56,723 nucleotides of DNA from Armatimonadota bacterium (GTDB lineage Bacteria > Armatimonadota > UBA10988): positions 1 through 56,723 of the forward strand of contig JACRKZ010000074.1 in assembly GCA_016235455.1 (NCBI GenBank). The letters run 5' to 3'. The notes under the pieces were generated by a model. It was not told the DNA's origin, made no database searches, and worked only from the letters and a program-made list of their open reading frames with translations. Each line of letters starts with the position of its first letter. Positions within the stretch are counted from its first letter, which is position 1. Shown here one piece after another: positions 37,919-46,552 of the stretch. Both the position numbers and the translations under genes were made by a program.

Positions 37919-40681
37919 CTACGGTGCTCCGAACACCACCGCCACCCGTCCCTTGGCCGGCACGGTGAGGTCGATCTCGGCGCGGTGCTGGTCGTCCAGC
38001 GGGATCGCGCGCGGCTGACCGTCGCCGATGGTGGCCTTGGCTCGACCGCGCAGGCCGGTGTAGTAGAGCGGCACGGTCAGCTTGCGGGTCACCGGCTCAG
38101 TCAGCGGGTTGTAGACCATGAGCAGCCCTCGTTCGGCCGCCGATGGGTTGACGTGCAGCCAGTAGTCCAGGTCGCGCCCATCGGCCCGGCGCAGGTGGAT
38201 CAGGTCGCTGTCGAGGATGACACGGTGTTGGCGGTAGAAGTCCACCCAGCGCTTGACCACGGCCTTGGTGGCGTCGGTGTCATACAGCCGCGGCCCGCGA
38301 TAGCAGGCCTGCACACCGGCGCCAAACAGACTGGCCAGCCGCGTCTCATAGTGGTCGAGGTGCTCGGCCAGCGGCTCGATGGTGGCCGCCTGGCCGCCGC
38401 CGTGGTACTCGGTGAGCGGCACGAACATCCAGCCCATGCTCGGGGTCTTGAACCACGTGCCGTCATAGATGTTCTGGCGCTCGATGATCTCCTGGTAAGC
38501 GCGTGGCAACGACCAGTTGGTCTCGCGGTAACCCATGTAGGTCTTGGGCGCGCCGTTGAGCACGTACCAGTCCGGCACATTCAGGTACACGCCGTTGGCG
38601 CAGCACCACTTGTAGAGGTCGGTGATGGCGCGCCACATGACCCACTGGGAGTCGTCGAGCCCATGATGCCCCGGGTGGTTGGTGGCGGCGCAAGCGTCGC
38701 CGGGATAGGAGCCGTCGTGCTCCAGCACGCCGAGGCCGGCGGTGGCGATGAAGCTTCGGAGCTGCGCCAGGTAGTCGGCGCCCCACTTGGCCCCCAGGCA
38801 GGGCATGACGCCGAACGCGGTCGGCGCGCCTTGGGTGTTGTCCGCGGCGGTGCCCGCGCCGCGGCTGGCCAGCAGCGAGTACCCGCCAAGGGCCACGCCC
38901 TTGGCCGCGGCGTAGTCGGCGAGTTCCTTGATCTGCTGCTGGTACTTGGGGTCACGGTTCTCGAAATCGAAGCCGCTGCCGAAGGTCAGGATGACCATCT
39001 GGAAGCCGACCTCGGCGCACTGATCGATGGCCAGCCGCACCGCCTTGGGCTCGGCCGAACGCACGTGCATGAGGATCGGGTTCTCGGTACACCAGGGCGC
39101 GATGGTGCGGTACATACGGCGTTGCGCCAGGCTGCAGCGCTCGCGGTCGCCGGCATCGAGCAGCAGTTCCCACACGCGGAACGACTCGAAGCTGCCGCCG
39201 GGGGCGATGTCCTGGTCGGGGCCGCGCTCCGCCTGACAGCGCAGCAGGCAGGGCATGGAGCGGTCGTAATGGACCTGCGTCTCATAGAGCGGGTCGGCCT
39301 CCCAGTGCACCACGCGGTTGGCCGGTCGGGGATTGCCGTCGCCGGCCATGGCGTAGTCGCTCTCCACGTAGATATCCGGCCGCGGGTCCATCCAGCCGAT
39401 GGGCCGGCCTACCGCGGATTCGGGCTCCACGGCGGCCAACAGCTCCGTAGTCACCGTGTTCAGCCGCACGGTCTTGCCGCCTGGGTTGGTCAGCGTGAGC
39501 CACTTACAAAGCAGGGGGATGCCATCGTAGATCTCGTAATGCACCTGCACCAACGGCAGGTCGCCGCGCGGCTCGTTGCTCGCAGCGGGCTCGGGGCCGC
39601 GGACCGTGACACGCTGGATGTGGCAGCGCGGCGGCAGCGTGGCCGGGTCGGCCTTGACCTGGGGGTAGTCTCGGCCGGCACCCAGTTGACCGACCTTGCC
39701 GACGCGCAACGTGTCGGGCTTGGCCTCCAGCTTGGACTGACCGAGCGCGAGGAAGGCCTGTCCGTTCTGCGACGCCTCGAAGATGACCTCGCCGGCGTCG
39801 AGCCGCACGCGCAGCGTGGCCGGCCGGGTGCGGTCGAAGCGCTGTACGAGGGTCTGGCCGAGCGCCGGTGTGAACAGCTCGTACTGCTGGGAGTTGGGCC
39901 GCATGACCAGGCTGGCCACGGCCTTGCCACCTGCCATCAGCGACAAGCCTGGGCCCCACGAGTTGGCGTAGGTATCATCGCCCGTGTCGGCGGTCACCTC
40001 CACGGTTGCCGCGCCGGCGGGCAGCGGCTGCTCGGCGAAGACGCAGGTGTCCGACAGCGCCATGATCTCGCCGGCCTTGCCCTCGTTGGCAAAGGACGAG
40101 CGTGGATGGGCCGGGCTGACCACCACCTTCCAGACCGGTTTGAGCGGCCCGGCGAAGTCGTCCTCCAGCAGCACCGGGCCGGCCAGCCGAGCCGGTGCGG
40201 GCGCCGGTGGGCGGAAGTGCAGCGTCACCGACCGGCCCGGCGGCGGCCACGGCACATCGGCCGGCATCCACTCCAGCCGCTTGCGCCAGGCGAAGCGCTC
40301 CTGGGTCACGCCGACCTCGACACGATCGAAGCGGTAGGCGCCCGGCAGCGGCTTCATCTGTGCCAGCCAGGCGGGATCGAGGTAGTTGTGGACCGGCTGC
40401 CCTTGTAGCCCGCCCACCGGGTACGCCACGCCGTCGACGGTGACCAACGCCTCCGGCCGCACCGAACGCAGTAGCGAGTTACCGGTCACAAGGTTGTCGA
40501 ACGACACGGTGGCGGCGTTGGGGCCGAGCTTGATGGTCCGTCGCAGCAATCCGTTGTCGAGCGTGATCTCGCCGGCCGTGCTCTCGACGATGCGCGCCTT
40601 GTAGGGCTGGGGGTCGACCAACCAGTCGGGCCCGCCAGCGAGCACGAGCGAAGCCGTGATGGCAACAGCGCACGCGTACAT
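37919..40681 (-). CDS. secreted glycoside hydrolase (alpha-galactosidase / clan GH-D-like) with inserted lectin-like domain
   Basis: Signal peptide; IAPWCTENPILMH, VILTFGSGF, EHDGSYPGD, MGYRETNWSLPR resemble a family usually labelled alpha-galactosidase. Confidence 0.6.
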   Translation of the reverse strand: MYACAVAITASLVLAGGPDWLVDPQPYKARIVESTAGEITLDNGLLRRTIKLGPNAATVSFDNLVTGNSLLRSVRPEALVTVDGVAYPVGGLQGQPVHNYLDPAWLAQMKPLPGAYRFDRVEVGVTQERFAWRKRLEWMPADVPWPPPGRSVTLHFRPPAPAPARLAGPVLLEDDFAGPLKPVWKVVVSPAHPRSSFANEGKAGEIMALSDTCVFAEQPLPAGAATVEVTADTGDDTYANSWGPGLSLMAGGKAVASLVMRPNSQQYELFTPALGQTLVQRFDRTRPATLRVRLDAGEVIFEASQNGQAFLALGQSKLEAKPDTLRVGKVGQLGAGRDYPQVKADPATLPPRCHIQRVTVRGPEPAASNEPRGDLPLVQVHYEIYDGIPLLCKWLTLTNPGGKTVRLNTVTTELLAAVEPESAVGRPIGWMDPRPDIYVESDYAMAGDGNPRPANRVVHWEADPLYETQVHYDRSMPCLLRCQAERGPDQDIAPGGSFESFRVWELLLDAGDRERCSLAQRRMYRTIAPWCTENPILMHVRSAEPKAVRLAIDQCAEVGFQMVILTFGSGFDFENRDPKYQQQIKELADYAAAKGVALGGYSLLASRGAGTAADNTQGAPTAFGVMPCLGAKWGADYLAQLRSFIATAGLGVLEHDGSYPGDACAATNHPGHHGLDDSQWVMWRAITDLYKWCCANGVYLNVPDWYVLNGAPKTYMGYRETNWSLPRAYQEIIERQNIYDGTWFKTPSMGWMFVPLTEYHGGGQAATIEPLAEHLDHYETRLASLFGAGVQACYRGPRLYDTDATKAVVKRWVDFYRQHRVILDSDLIHLRRADGRDLDYWLHVNPSAAERGLLMVYNPLTEPVTRKLTVPLYYTGLRGRAKATIGDGQPRAIPLDDQHRAEIDLTVPAKGRVAVVFGAP

Positions 40682-40752
40682 GGCATACTCCGCTCAGCAG
40701 CATAGCACGCACGGGGAACGGCGTGCGGGGCTCAATCGTCGGGAGGCAAACG

Positions 40753-42099
40753 ATGCGCATCTTGTTTGTGCAGACCAACACCTATCGGTTGCTGTGGCCG
40801 CAGCCCATCGGCCCGGCGCTCGTGGCGCGGCGGCTGCAGGAGGATGGCCACGAGGTTGAGTTCGTCGACCTCATGGGCGAGGCCGACCCCGCGGCCGCGG
40901 CGCGGTCGGCCGCCAGCCGGTTCGCGCCCGACCTGGCCTGCTTCACCATCCGCAATCGCGATAACCAGTCAGCGGCGCACTACGACGACCCGCTGCCGGG
41001 CATCCGCGCTGTCATCGAGGCGGTGCGCGCGGCAAGCCCCGCGCCGCACCTGCTCGGCGGCACCGCCTTCACCACCTATCCCGCGCGTCTCCTGGACATG
41101 ATGGGCGCCGAGTATGGCCTGGCCGGCGATGACCTGGCCCAGGTCTCGCGCTTCGTGACCTCGCTGGCCGCCGGCCAGCCGGATCTGGCCACGCCAGGGC
41201 TGGTCTATCGCCGCGACGGGCAGGTGGTGGCGAATCCCTTCACTCTGGTCGGCTACCGCGGCCAGCACTTCGACTACCAGCGCCTGGTCGATCCCCGCCG
41301 TTACCGCCGGGCTTACTGGCAGGCGGCGGTGGTGACGCGCACCGGCTGCCCCGAGCGCTGCGCCTATTGCGACACGTACCGCACGTTCGGTCGTGAGTTC
41401 ATCCTGCGTGAGCCGGCGGCCGTGGCCGAGGAGCTACTGGCCTTCAAGCGTGGCGGTCGGGTGCGGGCGGCGTTCCTCATCGACTCCGGGTTCAATCGGC
41501 CTCTGGACCATGCCAAGGCGGTGCTGGAGGCGATCATCCGCGCCGGCGCGCAGTTGCAGTTGTACGGCATCTACGACCCGGGCGAGGGCGACGACGAGTT
41601 CTTCCGCCTGTATGCGCGAGCCGGCGGCATGATGTTCACCGTCTTCGCCGAGAGCCTGTCCGACGCCGTGCTAGGGGAACTGGCCAAGCCGTTTGGTGTC
41701 GCCGAGGTGCTGCGCGACGCGCGGGGTCTGCGGCGCGCGGGGGTGGGGATGATGTTCATGCCCACCTTCGGCGGCCCCGGCGAGACGCGCGAAACCGTGG
41801 CCGAGACGCTCCGGCTGGTGCCCAAGCTGGCGCCGACCATGTGCGACTTCGGTATCGGCTGGCGCATCCAGCCCGGCACGCCGTTGCGCGACCGCGCCGT
41901 CGCCGAGGGCCTGCTGGCCGAAGACGATGACTGCTTCGACGCCACCTTCTATATCTCCCCAGCCACGCCGCGCGACTGGATCGCCGCGCAGATCAAGCGC
42001 TTCCGGCGGCGCCATCCGCTGCTGCCGCTCAACGCCGCGCCGTTCGCCTGGCGGGCGATGACGACCTGGCCGTGGCGCTGGCCAGCCGAAGCCGTGTGA
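40753..42099 (+). CDS. B12-binding radical SAM protein
   Basis: N-terminal cobalamin-binding-like domain (PIG, LGGTAFT); RTGCPERCAYC (CxxxCxxC); GGPGETRET; GGGAGG RBS. Confidence 0.9.
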   Translation: MRILFVQTNTYRLLWPQPIGPALVARRLQEDGHEVEFVDLMGEADPAAAARSAASRFAPDLACFTIRNRDNQSAAHYDDPLPGIRAVIEAVRAASPAPHLLGGTAFTTYPARLLDMMGAEYGLAGDDLAQVSRFVTSLAAGQPDLATPGLVYRRDGQVVANPFTLVGYRGQHFDYQRLVDPRRYRRAYWQAAVVTRTGCPERCAYCDTYRTFGREFILREPAAVAEELLAFKRGGRVRAAFLIDSGFNRPLDHAKAVLEAIIRAGAQLQLYGIYDPGEGDDEFFRLYARAGGMMFTVFAESLSDAVLGELAKPFGVAEVLRDARGLRRAGVGMMFMPTFGGPGETRETVAETLRLVPKLAPTMCDFGIGWRIQPGTPLRDRAVAEGLLAEDDDCFDATFYISPATPRDWIAAQIKRFRRRHPLLPLNAAPFAWRAMTTWPWRWPAEAV

Positions 42100-42110
42100 G
42101 CAAAACGAGA

Positions 42111-42140
42111 ATGGCCGCGGAGCGCGTGCGCCGCGGCCAT
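42111..42140. terminator. hairpin between convergent genes
   Basis: ATGGCCGCGG-N10-CCGCGGCCAT. Confidence 0.5.
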
Positions 42141-42169
42141 CTCCGTCAGCAGTCGGCAAGGGCCGGCGG

Positions 42170-43615
42170 CTACCGCATGGCGGGTGTCAGCACCACCGCC
42201 ACGACCATCTCGGTCGCGGGGTCGCTGGTGGTGCGGTAGAGGTCGCCCGAGAGCGGCAGGTTGGCCAGCAGGCGGCAGGAGTCAGGCGCGCGGAACGTGC
42301 CGCGCGGCAGCACGCCCGAGACGACCAGACTCTGGCCCAGCGGCACGGTGATCGTGGAGCAGGAGCAGGGCACCATGCTGGACTTGGCGATGGAGCCGGC
42401 GGCCCCGGTCTTCAGTTCCAGCAGCGCATCGCCGAAGGTCGGCTCCAGGTGCAGACGCACCCAGCGCTGACCGTCTCCGACCACGGGCCAGGGCACCACC
42501 TTGAGGTCGGTGGTGACCAGGGCCGAGGCCACATCGGCGGCCACCAGCGGCGTCGCGGCGCAGCCTTCGATGGCGCGCAGCGGCGGGACGATCTGGCGGC
42601 TGCAGGTCAGCACGGCGGGCCGCGCCACATCGACCGTGACCGGCTTGGCGTCGAAGATCTGCGTCACCGCCGCCTTGGCCAGTTCGGCCGAGAGCGTGTC
42701 GAGACCGCCGATGGCGCAGCGCAGGTTGGCGTTGCCGGATTCGGCGGGGGCCGTGTTCCACTTCAGGCTCAGCGCCGCGAAGCGGTCGGCGGGCATGACG
42801 AAGTAGCGGGCGTTCAGTTCGATGCGGCCAGCGGCCACGTCGAGTTCCTTGGCCAACTGCGCGAAGCGGTCGACCGCGGCGGGCTCACCCACGGCGATGA
42901 GGGTGCGGCTGGGGTCGTAGCCAATGACGACGGCCGTGCCCGCGGGCAGCGCGATGGCGCCGCGGCAGCCGGGATGCGGGGTCACGCCGCTGGCCAGGTC
43001 GGCCCAGCGCTGGGTGGTGCGGCCGGCCTCCTGGCCGAGCAGCTTGTCCAGCCGGGCGGTCTGGTCCGGCGTCTCATTCTCGCGCCGGGCCAGGCTGGTC
43101 TGGGCGATGGTGTAGCGCACCGGCGTGGGCTGCTCCAGGCCGCCACCAGGTCCGGTGTGCTTGACCGCTGGTCGCCCGAAGTAGGCGGCCAACTGGCTGG
43201 GCAGCGTCTGCTGGCAGTGATAGACCACCTTCTTCACCGCGTCACGGCGCAGTGGCCCGGCCAGCGTGGCCAGCGGCTTGAAGCCGGCTTCCGCGGCATC
43301 ACTGGCGCGGCGCATGACGATCTGGTCACCGACCACGCCGACACTCACGCCGGTCACTTCGGCCAGCATCTCCAGCGCCAGGCGCAGCGAGACGGCGTGG
43401 ACGTCAAGGCTCACCTTGATGTCGGCCACGGCCGGCTGAGCGACGACTTTGGCGCCGCTCTGGCGGCTAAGCTGCGCGGCCACGGCGGCCAACGGCGCGT
43501 CCTGGACGGCCAGGTCCACCAGCGTGTCGAGCGCCGCCTCTTGGGCAAAGACAGGGCACGCTACAGCGACGATCCAGGCCAGCGCGAGGATGGCCTTACG
43601 AGCGGTGCGAGTCAT
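42170..43615 (-). CDS. divergent secretin-like protein (STN + N3 + degenerate secretin domain)
   Basis: Signal peptide; STN-like VDLAVQDAPL; YDPSRTLIAVG..AKELDV..RIELNARY; GQSLVVSG; LANLPLSGDLY; VVLTP at the end. Confidence 0.65.
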   Translation of the reverse strand: MTRTARKAILALAWIVAVACPVFAQEAALDTLVDLAVQDAPLAAVAAQLSRQSGAKVVAQPAVADIKVSLDVHAVSLRLALEMLAEVTGVSVGVVGDQIVMRRASDAAEAGFKPLATLAGPLRRDAVKKVVYHCQQTLPSQLAAYFGRPAVKHTGPGGGLEQPTPVRYTIAQTSLARRENETPDQTARLDKLLGQEAGRTTQRWADLASGVTPHPGCRGAIALPAGTAVVIGYDPSRTLIAVGEPAAVDRFAQLAKELDVAAGRIELNARYFVMPADRFAALSLKWNTAPAESGNANLRCAIGGLDTLSAELAKAAVTQIFDAKPVTVDVARPAVLTCSRQIVPPLRAIEGCAATPLVAADVASALVTTDLKVVPWPVVGDGQRWVRLHLEPTFGDALLELKTGAAGSIAKSSMVPCSCSTITVPLGQSLVVSGVLPRGTFRAPDSCRLLANLPLSGDLYRTTSDPATEMVVAVVLTPAMR

Positions 43616-43666
43616 CAGCTTTCTCCCACCATCGGGACCTCCCACACTATGGAGAGGTCTGCGGAA

Positions 43667-43707
43667 CCGCCGGTTCCGAACCTTGCGGCTCGGAACCGGC
43701 GGGCTAC
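43667..43707 (-). repeat. GTAG-type REP-like hairpin
   Basis: Minus strand GTAGC-CCGCCGGTTCCGAGCC-GCAA-GGTTCGGAACCGGCGG. Confidence 0.65.
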
Positions 43708-43731
43708 AGCTTGCTTGACAGCACGCCCGCG

Positions 43732-45030
43732 CTACGGAGCGGACAGTCGCTGGAAGGTTGCCAGCGCGGAGTTGAGCACGGCCAACGAGTAATCGTGGTT
43801 GTGCACGCCCTTGCTGGGATCATTGATCGAGATCAGGTTGTAGTTCCACTTGGCCACGTCGTAGTCATTGAGGTTCGGACCCGTGAGGGTGTTGCGGTCA
43901 ATGAACAGCGCGTTGCCCGTGGTCACGTACGGCTTGACCTGGTTGAGCTTGGCTGTGAACTCGGCCTGAGTGGTTTCCATCAGGTTGACGGCGACCACAT
44001 CGGCGCCGCTCTCGATGGCTTCCTTGCCCCGCGGCACCGTGGTGCCCGACGGCGTGTGGCAGCCGGACTGCGTGCAGGCCTTGAGGTTAGGCTCGAAGGT
44101 GTGGCCGGTCACATTCGGATTGTCTGTGTTGGGGCTGGGCACGTTCACCTTGAACAGGTGGCAGGTGGCACAGCCTTCGGCGGCCGCGGTCGTGTGCGCC
44201 GAGTTCGGACCCGACATGGCGGTGCCGCTGATCTTGCCGTTCGGCGTGTAGGCGCCCTTGCCCTCGAAGATCAGGCTGGCACCATGACGCGGCGTGCCGG
44301 TGATGGGGATTGCGTCCGTGACCGATGCCGCGCTAAGGCGGTGGCAGGTCTCGCACAACGCCTTCTTCTCCAGCCGCAGCTGAGCGGTGTTGGCGGTCGC
44401 TTCGTGCGGGTCATGGCAGGTCGGGCAGCCAATGTTGGTGCTGCCAACCACGACCTTCGACTTGTGTTCGCCCACCGGCATGATGGGCTGCGACAATTGG
44501 TAGAAGAAGCCCTCCTGCGAGTGGCAGGCCATGCACTTGTCCTGATGGCCGTCGACCACGGACCGCGCGTGCGCCGAATTCTGCCATTCGTCGTAGGTCG
44601 GATGGTGTGCGTCGGTGTGGCAGGTGCCGCAGGCGGCCGACGTCACTTCTCGCGAGAAGGCGGCGCTCGTCGGATTGGCCGCGTGGGCGCTGCCGGCGCC
44701 ATGGCAGTTCTCGCACTGCACGTTCGCCAGGTCCGGGGTCTCGGTCTGATTAATGTAGCCCGAGGTCTGGCCGTAGCCGACCGTGTGGCACGGCACACAA
44801 TTGGCGTTGGTGCCCATGCCGATGTCGGTCAAGGTCTTCAGGGCTTCGGCGTGCTTGGTGCCGTCCCAGTGTTGGCCGGTCTCGACATGGCAGCCCTTGC
44901 AGACCTTGGCGCCCACAAAGGTGCGGCCGCCGCCACCACCGCCCGGTACCGTCTTGTCGCTACCACATCCGGTGATCGCGATCGCCACCACGATCGGTAC
45001 CACCAACAACCATCTCAGCGTTCTGGCCAT
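43732..45030 (-). CDS. multiheme c-type cytochrome lipoprotein (8 CxxCH + 1 CX4CH)
   Basis: Lipobox ITGC; CKGCH, CVPCH, CENCH, CGTCH, CMACH, CPTCH, CETCH, CATCH, CTQSGCH; helical tail with DPSKGVHN; AAGGAGG RBS. Confidence 0.93.
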   Translation of the reverse strand: MARTLRWLLVVPIVVAIAITGCGSDKTVPGGGGGGRTFVGAKVCKGCHVETGQHWDGTKHAEALKTLTDIGMGTNANCVPCHTVGYGQTSGYINQTETPDLANVQCENCHGAGSAHAANPTSAAFSREVTSAACGTCHTDAHHPTYDEWQNSAHARSVVDGHQDKCMACHSQEGFFYQLSQPIMPVGEHKSKVVVGSTNIGCPTCHDPHEATANTAQLRLEKKALCETCHRLSAASVTDAIPITGTPRHGASLIFEGKGAYTPNGKISGTAMSGPNSAHTTAAAEGCATCHLFKVNVPSPNTDNPNVTGHTFEPNLKACTQSGCHTPSGTTVPRGKEAIESGADVVAVNLMETTQAEFTAKLNQVKPYVTTGNALFIDRNTLTGPNLNDYDVAKWNYNLISINDPSKGVHNHDYSLAVLNSALATFQRLSAP

Positions 45031-45157
45031 GCCAGCCTCCTTGTGGGTCGGTGCTAATGCCGACTATTGCTGCCGGATACTGTGTCTGCGCCTGAACTGC
45101 CACAGCCACTCTGGCAATCGCTTCATACAACCTCTTGGCCCAGCCCTGATTCTGGCT

Positions 45158-45174
45158 CGCAAGAGTCGAGCCAG
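45158..45174 (-). promoter_or_regulatory. sigma54-type promoter for the multiheme lipoprotein
   Basis: Minus strand CTGGCTCGACTCTTGCG, exact GG-N10-GC spacing, near the consensus TGGCACG-N4-TTGC. Confidence 0.55.
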
Positions 45175-45520
45175 ACCCAACAAATGTCGCCCGCAGAGTT
45201 TCGTCCAGGGCAAGGGCGAGCCGCGAAGGTGCCTATCATGCACACTGGGCCGCATCGTGTTACGTCTGTCCACTTTCGTGCCGCCCCTCGACTGGATCTT
45301 GATGCCCATGCGGGTATGTCGAACATATTGGTGGTCGGTGTCGGATATTGCCGCTGACACACCGGCGCAATCCCGCTCCCAGAGCCGGTCAACGCGGTAT
45401 CTCACGACGCAACATCCGTCCGCCCCGCCGGCCCGCCGGGCGCTCTGGGTCGCAAGTTGCCTCGCAACGCGGACGCAACACTTTGTCATAAGTCGACTCC
45501 CCGCAGCCGTTTGGGGGGCT

Positions 45521-45537
45521 CTGGCAAAGCAGTTGCA
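45521..45537 (+). promoter_or_regulatory. sigma54-type promoter for the decaheme/porin operon
   Basis: CTGGCAAAGCAGTTGCA, GG-N10-GC, about 90 nt upstream of ATG 45626. Confidence 0.6.
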
Positions 45538-45625
45538 AACGCTGAGGGTGCTTCGGACGCAGTTATGGTTGCCGACAGGTCCGAACGTAATCCACGGCGT
45601 GAGACGGGACAGGAAGGAGCGTGCC

Positions 45626-46540
45626 ATGGGAGCAGTTAGCCGGCACGGACGGCTGCTGTTGGTAGCTGTCCTGGTTGGAGCCGGCGTGTTCACCCTCGGA
45701 GTGCCACCCGCCGGCGGCGAGCAAGCCGCCCCACAGGCCAGTGCCAAGAACGAGCGCATCGGCGCTGACGTGTGTTTGCAGTGCCACACCCAGAATGCCA
45801 AGGGTTGGTTCACGCTGCGCCACAATCGCTATCGTACCTCGGCGTCCGCGCCGGAGATGCTGACCGGCTGCGAAGGTTGCCACGGCCCTGGCCAGAAGCA
45901 CTTGGAGGACGAGAAGTTCCGCAGCATCCTCAACCCCAAGCGGGAGACGGGGATCGTCGCGACGCAGATGTGCTTCCAGTGCCACAGCACGACCATGAAG
46001 GCCAGTGCCTGGTTGCAGACGGCGCACGCGAAGAACGGCGTCAACTGCGGTGGCTGCCACGAGATGCACACCGACACGGGCCAGCCGTCGCTGCTCAAGG
46101 CCGAGCCGACCAAGCTCTGCCTGTCCTGCCATCCTGATCAACAGGCGCAGTTCAAGCTCAACTCGCACCATCCGGTGCTCGAAGGGCGCGTGGCCTGCAC
46201 CGACTGCCATGATCCGCACGCGGACGGCACCATGTCAGCGCCGACCCTCAAGCAGGGCGAAGACCGCTGCCTCAAGTGCCATCAGGAGAAGCGTGGTCCG
46301 TTCGCCTTCGAGCATCAGACCTCGTTGGCTGGCGGTGACGACGGCTGCGTGGCCTGCCACAAGCCGCACGGATCGGCCAATCCGAAGCTGACGGCCTACT
46401 TCGGCCGCGGCGTCTGCCTCCAGTGCCACAGTGACATCGCCGCGGATCCCAAGCACCTGCCGCGAGCGGGTAACTGCTGGTCGGCGGGGTGCCACAACCG
46501 GATGCACGGTTCGAGCACCAACCGGCTGTTCATCAACTAG
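45626..46540 (+). CDS. DmsE/MtrA/PioA family periplasmic decaheme cytochrome c
   Basis: Nine CxxCH plus terminal CWSAGCH; family signatures SHHPVLEG, EKRGPFAFEH, HKPHGS, MHGS; AAGGAG RBS; signal peptide. Confidence 0.93.
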   Translation: MGAVSRHGRLLLVAVLVGAGVFTLGVPPAGGEQAAPQASAKNERIGADVCLQCHTQNAKGWFTLRHNRYRTSASAPEMLTGCEGCHGPGQKHLEDEKFRSILNPKRETGIVATQMCFQCHSTTMKASAWLQTAHAKNGVNCGGCHEMHTDTGQPSLLKAEPTKLCLSCHPDQQAQFKLNSHHPVLEGRVACTDCHDPHADGTMSAPTLKQGEDRCLKCHQEKRGPFAFEHQTSLAGGDDGCVACHKPHGSANPKLTAYFGRGVCLQCHSDIAADPKHLPRAGNCWSAGCHNRMHGSSTNRLFIN

Positions 46541-46552
46541 GAGGGCCACACC

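Noticed and set aside
45521-45580. Resemblance to a c-di-GMP-I riboswitch (GGCAAA...GACGCA...GGTTGCCG)
   Set aside because: P2 pairs poorly and there is no room for P3; better explained as a sigma54 -24/-12 element. An Infernal/Rfam scan would settle it
44783-45625. N-terminal extension of the decaheme ORF
   Set aside because: Overlaps the divergent gene and regulatory region; a strong RBS and signal peptide begin at 45626
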